This document shows positions 1 to 11,190 of a DNA stretch of 18,993 nucleotides, piece after piece. Origin of the DNA: Ginkgo biloba (Eukaryota > Plantae > Ginkgophyta); assembly GCA_024626585.2 (NCBI GenBank), contig JANKJI020000004.1, forward strand, positions 158,475,693-158,494,685, in the 5' to 3' direction. The notes below the pieces were generated by a model. The model was not told the origin of the DNA. It saw only the letters and a program-made list of their open reading frames with translations, and did no database searches. The first letter of the stretch is position 1. The number at the start of each line of letters is the position of its first letter. The position numbers and the translations under genes were made by a program.

Positions 1-1202
1 TCTATGGTTGTTCATGACTGTTTTAAGTCATATCTTTTGCTGTCCAAAACTTCTATGCAGTGAGGGATTCATGGTTTATGATGGTGCATTAATTGCACTT
101 GGTTTTCTGTGCAAATTCTGATGTATATGCTTGTTGTCCTGAACTTTTCCAGCCATCTGTAATTCTGTCCTAAAGTACTAGAATGTCTGAAACATGTTCT
201 AATTGATGGTACTTTGTGGAAGTGATGAAATCTGAATTTTCTAGTACAAATTGTAGATTTAAGAACTTGCTGTTCCAAGTATTTTAGGACTGTTTTATGC
301 AAATTTCTTGATCATTTAAAGTGTGCTAAAGATGCATAAGTGTTTAAGGATGTCATGCCAAAAAGATGGCAGCCATACATAATGTTAAAAATTGATTTGT
401 CCAAGCAATAAAAGGTTCCATTGTGCATGCTTGGAGTCACTCATGATCTTTGACCCAGTATAGAGAAATGGCTTTGCATGTGCTAATGTGGATATCCCGT
501 ATTTCTCAACAATACAACTCATCTTACATATATCCATATTTCTCAAATTGTTTCAACCACAATAAAGGGAGCACAATTTGAGAAAGTTGGAGGATATAAT
601 CACATCTACTAAACAAGATACAGTTGAACAGGCCATCAGAAAGATCCCAGCAACAAACTAAGCAAGTCAAAATCCATAAGAAGTAGAACATTACAATTCC
701 TGAAAATATTTCTTAGACTTTGTACGTAACAAGGGATCAATGAAATTGAAAAAATGTATATATTAAAACTTGAAAGATGTCAAACAATGATCCATTTTTC
801 AGATCCAAGAAAAAATGATCTTTTTGTCAATTTTTAAGAAGCCCCAACTTGAAGTCAAAATTGGGAGAAATATATTCAGTTTTAAGATGAAGGGCCTTAA
901 GGAAAGAGCTGTANNNNNNNNNNNNNNNNNNNNNNNNNNNNNNNNNNNNNNNNNNNNNNNNNNNNNNNNNNNNNNNNNNNNNNNNNNGACAGTCCAAAAA
1001 TGCACTATTTTTGGGAATTTTGGAGTTGGCAAGGATGAAACTTTCAACTCGTGTCCTGAAAGCTCCCGATTTTAGCACTATGTTGCTCAAAAGGGGGGTA
1101 ATCTTTTAACTTTTATGTTTAAAAATTTAAGTAATATTAGTTTAAGAATTTGAATACAAAATTATACATTAAAGAATGCCTTTTGGTGAGGAAAGTCCGT
1201 CC

Positions 1203-1380
1203 TTCATCAGCGACAAGGTCAAAACCAACATGGTGTTGTTCATCAGCGACAAGGCAAACCGACTCCGACTAAGGTCTAGTTCGACACTGACAAAGGTTAA
1301 GACGAACAGAGTCTGCTTGACATTGACAAAGGTTAAGACCGACAGAGTCTGCCTGACACTGACAAAGGTTAAGTCCGACA
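1203..1380. repeat. 36-bp period tandem repeats, probably LTR-internal
   Basis: gacactgacaaaggttaagaccgacagagtctgcct-type units start at 1283, 1319 and 1355 (last one partial). The related ttcatcagcgacaagg occurs at 1203 and 1239, also 36 bp apart. Confidence 0.9.
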
Positions 1381-1924
1381 TAGGCAAACTGACAGCCCAA
1401 TAGACGTTCAAGACAGTACGATTGTTCTGTTACACAACAATTCAACTGTTTCGGACAGAAAAAGGGGCCGAAGACAGAACAATGCAAGTGACATTAGATG
1501 AAAGACAGAACTCAAAGAGCATCTCAGTGAGAGAACTTAGTGGGCAAAAGATAGTGCAACTAAGCATATTGACTAAGAAAGATCAATTCAAAAGAGAGGA
1601 TTTCGTGACACAGTGTGGACAAGAGCTTGGATAACCGAGGCCCAAGATTAAACCGACTGTGGGGAACAAAAACCTGTACTTACTGTGTAAAGCCCTGTGA
1701 GCTACAACTCAAGACAGAGACAAAAACACAATCTACTGTAAACTTTTGATGAGTTCATTTCCTTAATGAATTCTAGAGTTTTTCTACCCCAAGAGGGTTT
1801 TCTCCAATTAAAAACATGTTGTCTNNNNNNNNNNNNNNNNNNNNNNNNNNNNNNNNNNNNNNNNNNNNNNNNNNNNNNNNNNNNNNNNNNNNNNNNNNNN
1901 NNNNNNNNNNNNNNNNNNNNNNNN

Positions 1925-2094
1925 AATGATCTCTTTTGTGACCTTATCAAAGCATTTGATATCTTGTGTGCATGGTACATTTTTGCACGTTGGATTATCT
2001 TATGTGTATGTTGTAATTATTGTGGTATTTGGTATTATATTTTGGAATCTAAGTAATTGAACCCTCAAGGTTCACCACAAGTGGCATAAGAGCC
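1925..2094 (+). mobile_element. 3' end of a 5' LTR plus primer-binding site (initiator tRNA-Met type)
   Basis: ...ttcaccaCA ends at 2079, followed by a 2-nt spacer and TGGCATAAGAGCC (2082-2094), an 11/13 match to the canonical plant PBS TGGTATCAGAGCC. It lies on the same strand and contig as the downstream integrase. Confidence 0.7.
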
Positions 2095-3233
2095 AACTTC
2101 CTTATCACTATGGGAGTGCAACTCAGAATTGTCAACATTACAATTGTGGACATCAAGATTTATGGATTTCTTTTGCATATTCTAAGAGAGCAAGTCAAGA
2201 TGGTCAATTTTGAACCAAAAAAATGATTTGATTTCGATTATGGAAACTCCTTGGGAGTGTATTTGAAATTGACCTATTTTTCAACACTTATTTACAGGCA
2301 CTTCGCAATGTTTCAATCAAAATCAATAGTTTTAGCAACCAAAGCAGTGACTTAGAATTTTGTAAATCCTAAAAATAGACATCAAGACATATAGAATTAA
2401 AAAATTCTCTTTGTTTGGATTCCATACACCCTTGGAAAGCTCCATGCAAGTTTAGCTATGGATTTTGAGTCCATTTTAAAGGAATAATTGTAATCATGTC
2501 ATTTTGGAATTTCTGGAATTTCTCTACAAATTCCAAATGTATAGATTATCCTACCCCAAATTCGTATAAGAAATGTCAATTTTAGCCACCGTATAACTTT
2601 TTAATCACTTCTGGAACATTTGATAGAATCAAAGGTATTTTAAGAATTTTCTTCATTAGTTTCAAATATTTTCTTGCATATTCAAAATGTTCATCTTGAG
2701 ATAGTCCAAAAAAGAAAGGTTGAACTCATTTGGGTTTCAAGAGCTTGGAAATGTGAAAAATAAGTTGGATAGCATTTTAGGCCTAATTCCAAGGTCCAAG
2801 GTGAAGCACAATTTTTTTATAGTTGAAAACATCAAGATTTTCTAAAAATTTTAGCATATATAAGCTAGACCAAATTTTGTTACTTGATTTTCACATCAAG
2901 AACGTCACTTTTAGCAGCCTAGTGACTCCATAATAGATTTTAGAAGGTATCCATTTTTTGGGCCACTCTTTCATCTGGGTCAAGTCTAACCCTAAAAGAT
3001 AGTTGCCAACTTCAAATTCACAATGCTAGGAAAGTCGACAAACCTAAGTAAAGCCATAAAATTTTGTCTAAGAATCAACTATAGTAAACAACTCTAAGAT
3101 AATTTTATCAATGGGATAAAAGGGGCAAAACCCCTTAGTAAGGTCCTAGAAGTGGAGCCCTAGCCAACTTGCACTATGAAAGTTTGATGCCCTATGCTTT
3201 TCCTTCATGAAAATGGCTAAGTATGGGGGTTCG

Positions 3234-4274
3234 TTGACTATTCCAACTAGGCCTTGGGAGAGCATTTCCATGGATTTCTTTCTTGGGTTGCCAACTCCTC
3301 AAAGACTATCTTTTTGTGATAGTCAATAGGTTTAGCAAGATGGTAATCCTGATCCCCTACAAAAAGACTATTACAGGACAACAAGCAATTAAAACCTTTT
3401 TTGATCATGTATGCATACATTGTGTTGCCCATGTCTATAATCTCTGATAGAGATAGCAATTTTCTCAACCACTTTTAGCAAGCCCCATGGAACTCATGGA
3501 CACCAGACTAAAGAGGAGTGTAGCTTTTCACCCTTAAATAGATGGTCAATCTGAACTTGTCAACATAACATAGTGAAGCTTTCAAGGATATTTAATCACA
3601 AGCATCCTAGAATATGGGATGAAAGCATTCCTTATAATATTGTTATAACTGAGCTATCCATAGCTCGACACAAGTTTTCCCTTTTGAAGCTTGTTTGCGG
3701 TTCCAGCCTAAGGATCCCATGCCCATCAACAATATTGTCCCAGAAGCAAGAATAGCTAAGGAAGAGGTTGCCTAATAGTAGGCACTCAAGTTTTTGGAGC
3801 ACATTAGGCAAGTGCAAAAACAGGTACAAGAGACAATGCTAAAAAGACAATAAAAATACAAGGATTGGAATGACATGCAAAGAGTTGATCATCAATTCGA
3901 ATTGGCCAATAGGGTATGGATGCATCTACCCAGGGAAAGATATTTAAGGCAAGAGCTTCAAGATGAAACCAGTCACGTATGGTCCATTTGTGATTTTGGA
4001 GTAGATAGGAGAAAATGCATTTAAGCTTTATTTACCCCCATACATGGTAATACACCCAACTCTCAATGTCGATAACTTAAGCTATATGAGCCCTCCACGT
4101 TGGGTGGATAAGAAGGAGAATATGAAATTCTAATACCTCCACCAAGAAGAGATTATTCCAAATAAGCAAAACCCACTAGAAGAGGATACATATTACAAAA
4201 CAAAGAAACAACATCTAGGCAAGGTGCTGCAAAGTTGTATAAAGATGGAAAGATAGGGCAGTTACCTCAGGCAC
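3234..4274 (+). mobile_element. Decayed Ty3/gypsy (chromovirus/CRM-like) integrase
   Basis: Motifs read across frameshifts: IPTRPWESISMDFFLGLP, DYLFVIVNRFSKMVILIP, LPMSIISDRDSNF, MDTRLKRSVAFHP*IDGQSELVN, FNHKHPRIWDE and the GPY/F motif YGPFVILE*IGENAFKLYLPPYM..HPTLNVDNL. There are many stops and frameshifts, and the relic runs into a gap. Confidence 0.92.
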
Positions 4275-4374
4275 NNNNNNNNNNNNNNNNNNNNNNNNNN
4301 NNNNNNNNNNNNNNNNNNNNNNNNNNNNNNNNNNNNNNNNNNNNNNNNNNNNNNNNNNNNNNNNNNNNNNNNNN

Positions 4375-4735
4375 TTCCGATCACTATCCAACTTCCAATG
4401 GCCTTTTAACTTCCATTCCCTTTTCACCTATTCAACTTCTTGTGCTTGTTCATATTTCGATGGCCTTTCAACTTTAGATAACTATTCAATTTCCAACAAC
4501 CATTCAACTTCCAATGGCCGTTCAATTTTCAATGACAATTTTTCCAATGACTGTTTAGCTTTCTGTAACTATTCATCTTCCAGTGATTGTTCAACTTTCA
4601 AAAATCATTTATCTTCCAATTTTTATTCAACTTTTAGTGGCCATTCACNNNNNNNNNNNNNNNNNNNNNNNNNNNNNNNNGGTGATCGTTCATCTTCTAG
4701 TGACTGTTTAGTTTTCCAATGGCCTTTCAATTTTG
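4375..4735. repeat. Degenerate 18-bp minisatellite, consensus close to TTCAACTTCCAATGGCCG
   Basis: Units include ttcaacttccaatggccg, ttcatcttccagtgattg, ttcaactttcaaaaatca, ttcaacttttagtggcca and ttcatcttctagtgactg. There are roughly 18-20 copies, interrupted by a 32-N gap. Confidence 0.88.
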
Positions 4736-4818
4736 CTAAGTCCTTAATAGTGGTTGTTTCGGAGATTGCATGCGTCCATGCAACCCCTTAGACTTACCAC
4801 TACAGAATAATCCCCCTT
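4375..4818 (-). mobile_element. PPT and start of the 3' LTR of the minus-strand gypsy element
   Basis: The minus strand reads AAGGGGGA-TTATTC-TGTAGTGG..., a purine tract (4818-4811) followed by a TG LTR start at 4804, immediately after the RT relic. The far end of the LTR is lost in the gap. Confidence 0.6.
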
Positions 4819-4829
4819 AGACTTGAAGA

Positions 4830-5975
4830 AGGAGCTAATTTGTGCTTGTAACATCATCTTCAATTCTTCAAAGGTTTGTTGCAGATTCAATCCCCATGTA
4901 AGTGCAATGACTTTCCACAATAATAAGTCCACAAGATGTGTTGCCTTGGAATTCTTTTTGATAAATACCCGATAGTAACCAACATATCCCAAAAAGGTTA
5001 TTAACCCATCTAGATGTCATGGAGGTTCCATGCAACCGATCCCCTGAATCTTGTTCAAACCTAACTTTAGTCCTTGTCCACACACAATATGCCCAAGCAA
5101 TTTCATGCTCAAGATCAATATCCAACAATTGCCAAAATTCAAAGAAACTCAATCTCTTTGACATTTACCTCACATTCTTTAAATGCTTATAACTGTGAGT
5201 GAACAGGGCCTTGTACTAACCAATAGTCCAAAGATACTTTAACCTTCCTTGTCAGTAGTTTCTCAAAGAGTTGCAAAATGTTCTATTGAAATGCAACCCA
5301 AGCATTCTAGAATCCAAAAGGCATCTTGTTATATGCATATATTCCGTATTTGAAAACAAAAGGGGACTTCAATTTGTCTTTCTTTGAGATATTAATCTAG
5401 TTGTAGCCCAAGAATCAATCCAAAAACAAATAGATCTCGTGCTTGACCACCTCTTCCAAAAAAATATCTCTAAATGGGATCAAGAATGGATCCTTTTGGG
5501 TTATATTTAGTTTTTGAAAATTCAAATGAATTTGTAAGTTACCATTCTTCTTAGGAGAAATCCATTCACTTATTCTCACCTTAAATCTAATTCTTCCATC
5601 TAACATCTTGAGAATTACTTGTTCTACCTAAATTGTATACTTAGGATTTATGTGATATGATTGTCTCTTCACCGATTATGCGCCTAGGATTGGCTCAATT
5701 TGAGTCTCAAACAATTCTTTGGGGATACCTTTCAAATCATAATACAACGATGCAAACATGTTTTTATATTCCTTAAATATATTAAATGTGGATGCTATTG
5801 ATGCCCGATCCCATAATATTCCCAGAGTGATTGTCTTAAAATGCTCTTCCATTTCTAGATTGACTTCCATGATTGTAAGACCTTCATATTTGATTTCTTC
5901 TTTGTTCGAAAGTTTATGAGTAGAAGTCGCCTCTATACTCATTTTTCCCTGTTAAACTTCTAAAAATTGAGGAGA
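4830..5975 (-). mobile_element. Decayed Ty3/gypsy (non-chromovirus, Athila/Tat-like) reverse transcriptase
   Basis: Motifs occur in the expected order: KEYKNMFASLYYDLKGIP, SEWISPKKNGNLQIHLNFQKLNITQKDPFLIPF, GIYAYNKMPFGF*NAWVAFQ, degenerate YxDD (VSLDYW at about 5220-5240) and GYVGYYRVFIK...TW...QQTFEELK. Multiple stops and frameshifts are present. Confidence 0.9.
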
Positions 5976-6993
5976 AAATATTAGTTTTGTTGTTTGGACC
6001 CTATTTCTATCTCTAACTTCGACTTTGATTTAAATATCGATTGTAGCATATTCACCATCCACATGCCTTGCATGGTAGATATCTACCTAAAAACACCTAG
6101 GTGAACCACATCCCATTGTCCCCCAAGTTGCCATGGTAATCAATCATTGTCCAAAGGAATATCATGTTTGAACATCAATCCACCATCAACACTCTTTTGG
6201 GATATAGATCGTAAAACAATTGTAAGGTTACGATCTTTCCAATATAATCTCTCAGGACAAATCACACTAGCGGATCATAAGGATACAATTTATCCAATGC
6301 AACCTCTGCATTAAGGATCGCAAGGGTATGAGCTATCATATATAATCTCCAAGACAAATTATAGTGACAAAGTGTAAGGATGCGATTTCTTTAGTACAAT
6401 CTTTTGGACAACTTGCAATTTGGGACCACAACTCTAATTCGTGGGAAAAAGCTCATTTTTGCGCTACATGCAACCACTACCTACATGTCATTTCATTGAT
6501 GTAATAGATGATACTTGAAAAGATGGTAGGTTTCATTACGATAGTTTATGGCTATTATCCTTTTCATCATAATACTTTATGGCCGACCACATGTTTCGAT
6601 TTTGTGTTGATTAATAATGAACATCATGACACAATCTACATGGTTGCATGATCTCACAACATTGACATCGACGCTTGATTTGAATTTATTAAAATTGTGG
6701 AATTGACTTGTTTGCAATCTTCCGGTGTTATGATTGGCCCATTGTCTCCCTTCTATGTTGCTACTCATTTTTCTCTAAAATTCCATCGGGCTTCTCAATT
6801 CATTGTGCTCCATCTCTTCTCTGTAACTGCTATCTGCACTATTGTAATCATGATTTTTCTTAGTATTGACTATTGTGGTATGTTTCAATTGCCAATTATA
6901 TTTATGCGCTATGTTTGTGCCGTGTGATATTGCTAACCAATAATTGCCTTGTGGATATATGAAAGGAGGCGATCCCACACATTCACGCTAGCA

Positions 6994-8074
6994 ATGGATT
7001 TTGATGCAAAGGGTTTTTTGGTGCACAACAATTTAAACATCTCCAAAAATGACGATGACAAGCAAAAGGCGAAATGGCAAAGCTTATCTAATGATGATGC
7101 TTGACATCAAGTCATCGAGTAGTTTGGTTTTGTTCCTCGAAAACTGTCTATGTTGTTTCTAATCAATTTCTTATTTGCAAAGCAGATGATTAGTTTGCAA
7201 GTTGACATTCCTAATTTAATTGACATCCTAGTTGTTATTGCTATTGAATTGACTTTATTGCCAAATTCGAGTGACCTCATAGATACGAGTTGCAAATTGA
7301 CCTGGGTCAAAGCTGCCCAGTTGTTATGTAATTCAATTGAAGCTATTACATCAAATGGTATTCTCGTGGAGCAACTTAAGGATCCAATTGTATTGTGGCT
7401 AACATGTTTCTTTGTTGCATGAGTGTTCTTGTTTTGGAAGAAGATTTATTCCTTGGTCGCCATGACGCACACCTTCAAAGCACCCAAAAAAGGCATTGCC
7501 TTCAACTAGACCACATTCTTGTAGATCGTGTGTCCTCTCTGCTAATAAACGTTTGCTAAGCCATGAAACTTAGGCATTTTAATGTTCCTTTAGTACTTGT
7601 TGCTTTGGTTGTCAATTAGTACTTGCATGCCACAAGTCAATACCTAGGTGGTTTTAAAACGTTATTACATTGGTAGTCCTTTGAATCTAACATGCATGAT
7701 ATGTTGTCTATTGCAATGTCGTAGTTGTTTCTATGAAGGATGGAGAAGACCTCCCAAACAATTAATCGAAAACGGAAGACTTTTTCAATTGAGGAAAAAG
7801 TCTATGAAGGATGGAGAAGACCTCCCAAACAATTAACCGAAAAAAGAAGACTTTTTCAGTTAAGGATGTTGTTTCCAAAAATACTTGTGTTGAAATTGTT
7901 CATTCTATTCCTACTCCTACTACTACATCTGCTCTTCCTTCTTCTTCGATTCCCTCTACTTTTGCACCATCTTCTTTGACCTCTTCCACTTTTGCTGTAA
8001 CCTCTTCCAATCCACTTTTTGACTTTGTTGTTGTTCCATCCTGTCCACCCAATGTAGACAAGGAAGTAGAATAA
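6994..8074 (+). pseudogene. Decayed TE accessory-type ORF of unknown function
   Basis: One frame from ATG 6994 runs about 180 codons with scattered TGA/TAG stops. It includes IELTLLPNSSD and KKGIAFN*TTFL, and is followed by a KRK-containing, S/T/P-rich tail (7740-8074). Confidence 0.35.
7730..7866. repeat. 71-bp period tandem duplication
   Basis: tctatgaaggatggagaagacctcccaaacaattaa... starts at 7730 and 7801, with 5 mismatches over 66 aligned bases. Confidence 0.95.
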
Positions 8075-8587
8075 ATTGTCACCATTGCAGGTTGCAACAC
8101 AACAAATTTCCCCTAGCACCACCTGCGGCCCCCAAGGCAAAGTAAGAATCTTCAATTTTTCCTAAATTTGCTACTATGGTTGATGGGGAGATCATTGTTG
8201 ACTCCTCTGATGTTTTGTTCAAGGATGGCATTGATCCATATGATGCTAATGTTAACAATATTTCATTGTGGAGACCTAGTTATTTAACTAAGGTGATGCA
8301 ATGTACAATTTTCTAGTTGGAGAGCAAATGCCAACCTATCATGCAACCAGTTTGTGGGGCTAGAAATGAAGCAGAGGAGCATGTACAAACCATTAAATTT
8401 AAGTCATCATTTTTTACAATCTTTTATTGATGAATGGATACAGGAAATTAGTGTTATTCCTGATAGGTGTGCCAATTTTTCCTGANNNNNNNNNNNNNNN
8501 NNNNNNNNNNNNNNNNNNNNNNNNNNNNNNNNNNNNNNNNNNNNNNNNNNNNNNNNNNNNNNNNNNNNNNNNNNNNNNNNNNNNNCA

Positions 8588-9240
8588 ATTCAACAAGCTA
8601 TGGAATTGGTTAAACCTACTTTGGTAGAAGAAGTTATTAGCTAGACTTTGGCAACAACAAATATTATAGGAGCAACACAAAGGAAAGAGAAGCATAGCAT
8701 ATGATTTCAAAAGAGAGGGTTCAAGAAAATGTTTAATAAATAACGACACAGCTAGAGCCAAGGCACATCCTGGCATAAGTTCGATCAAACATTAAAAAAA
8801 AGTCATTATAGCCCAAAAATAAGTTTAAAAGACAAAAACATATGCTTTCAAAAGAAACTATGTTTCACCTATCAAAGTAAGGATCGTCAATCAAAGGATT
8901 TCCTCAAATTAGAGCAAGAGAAAACTAAATGGAAATAGGGATCGTTAAGAACATTGCTCATTGAGGCAATGACTTCGTGAGTAGGGAAAAATGTTACAAC
9001 TCAAGCAAGTTACACAAGTGCTATGTGGACTAAAGCCTTTATATAGGAGGAATTGGGGAGGAATTATGGAACCTGTGCTTCAAACAACGCTTTTGGCCTA
9101 GCAAACAATTCCTATTTGGAAGCATTTTTTGTAGCATAAGCTTATAGTAGCCTTCAAAATGAGTGATTGCATGCCAATATTCAGCCCATTATGCAACCCT
9201 ATAGATGCCAAACAAGCTGATCAAATTTTGGGAAGGAAGA
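8588..9240 (+). mobile_element. Highly decayed Ty3/gypsy gag C-terminus, zinc knuckle and protease
   Basis: IQQAMELVKPTLVEEVIS is gag-like. KKLCFTYQSKDRQSKDF at about 8852-8902 keeps CX2CX4HX4C spacing, with single-base changes at three ligands. Frameshifted IMEP-(G)ASNN near 9062-9090 and ADQILG near 9216-9233 resemble the DxGA and DxILG protease motifs. Confidence 0.55.
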
Positions 9241-11190
9241 CAAGTTAGCCATGGGTCAAACTATGCCTATAGGATGACTAGAAAACCAACATGGTCAAGT
9301 CTAATCTAAGAAACTGTAACTACTGTTGATTTGGGTTTCTTAAAGCCAAATTTGTCCTCTTCAAGGGTTATGGAGGGACTAATAGGGCATTTAATTCCTA
9401 TATAAGTAGATGGAAGCCCCATTCTTCATATTTGACTTTAGAGATTCGTATTTGCACTATGCCAATGGACAAGAACTTTCATTATAAATGCGTATGAGAT
9501 ATGTTTCAACATCAACCTTCACATTTTGCTCAATTTTGGGTTTAATCTACTCCATCATACTTTGCCCCTACATTTTAGCCCCAAATTAGGATTGCCTTAG
9601 CATATGTTACTAACACCTTGACATTCTGAATTTTTCCTACAATTTGCTCAACATTTCTAATTAATTTTAGGGGATTTGTTGGGTTCTAGGAGGTTTAGTT
9701 CAAGTATTCAACATGTTGATGTTGACCAATTTTAGGTTTCTACATACATTTATACTTAGTTTTAGGGTTTTGCTAGGCTTTAGAAAGTAAGAGAATGTTG
9801 TAAGATACACAAAAACCAATTTGGTAGGCCTAACTTTCTAGTAATTACGAGTTGTTGAAGGCCAAATCATGACATTTCGATCATGCCAAAGAAACCATTT
9901 TGATGCAAACAATCATGCTACTAGTTTTAATTTTGACATTGCTTCAAGTTATTATCTTCTTAGAATACAAAGCAACCATGAATTTACATAAATAACCATA
10001 TTTATTCTAAATTTTTCCATAGCTAGATATAATTTTGTAATTTCACGATTAATACAAAGACTTGAGACCTCGAATGAAGTGTGTTTCATGTAAACCATTT
10101 AGTTGACCTTATTGTACAATTATATGAGTATTTGTATGAAGCTTGAGAGGGTATAGGGTAACCCTATGTGGGCGAGGTTGTTGCGGGTGATGTTTAGTTC
10201 ATCTAAGAATCAAGTCTAAGTTTGTGTGATGTACCAAAGCATAAATCCACAGGTGGCAAAGTGTAAGACCACCAGTGGCAAAATATAGGTCCATCAATAG
10301 GGTGGCATTGATTGACTTTTGCCTAAAGGATCTTGGGCATTCTTAGTTGTAGGTGTTTATGCACACCTAATAGATAGCATGAGGGAGGTGTGTTTTGAAA
10401 GTATTTTAGTCACTAGGGGGCCTTATAACATATAAGCCCCATAAGCTATACTTACCTACAAGATAGCCAAGCTCCATTAGTGTTCTACTACTACATCATT
10501 ACTTGGTTGACCCCATGTAGAATTGACACTCTATTGCATTGATTCTTATATGGTTGAGTATAATGCATGGTTAATGAGAAGGAAAGCCTATAACCCTAGC
10601 TTNNNNNNNNNNNNNNNNNNNNNNNAGGAGGTATAACAATGGACAATGCCTTGTTATTAAGAATCGATCAAGGTAAAATCTTGGATTGGTTGCATATAAG
10701 GGAGTTTCCTATCGAACGACATGGAGGTAATTGACTACCCAATATCATTGAAAGAGAAATGAGTTCCAAGTGTGCACAAGCAACTTCAGACCAACACTTT
10801 GACAAGAAAGAGAATTAGAATAGTCAAGAACGTTATAGATAGAGAACTTGGAGAATCAACCCCAAGAAGATCAAAAAACAAAACACTAACCCATTTTGAC
10901 ACATACCAATGAGCAAGGGGAGGAACTCAAATGACCCTTTTACTCTAGTTGCAACACCACCCCAAATCAATAGTACCAAAACTAACTTAGTTAGCCAAAG
11001 GTGAAATATAGGATACATTTACTTTAGCAAAAACTACAAATGCGAGTCGTACAAGGTTTCAGTTTGTCATACAATTAAAGAAACTCTAAAAGGGATTTGA
11101 TGTTTTCTTATGAGTAAATCAAAATTATGTAAAGGATTTAACAATGAAAAGGTGTCAATAATGAAGGAATGTTTGCAATTATTGAGGCAA

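Noticed and set aside
1203-1380. CRISPR-like array (36-bp repeats)
   Set aside because: The units are head-to-tail with no unique spacers, there are no cas genes, and the context is eukaryotic. The repeat-peptide ORFs on both strands are by-products of the 36-bp period.
799-2056. ORFs containing X runs (also at 4215-4477, 8414-8788, 12720-12983 and 14670-14909)
   Set aside because: They are open only because they cross N gaps, and they show no recognisable motifs apart from the integrase tail at 4235-4274.
3234-5975. Integrase and RT as parts of one element or a complementary pair
   Set aside because: They are on opposite strands, belong to different gypsy lineages by motif, and have a 100-N spacer between them.
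7856-8155. Minus-strand E/K/R-rich ORFs
   Set aside because: They are the antisense reading of the low-complexity CT-rich tract.
9324-10600. Additional LTR(s): TG start at 9324, TATATAAG near 9399 and a PPT-like cttgagaggg at 10142
   Set aside because: Plausible TE debris, but no paired termini, PBS or target-site duplication could be defined.
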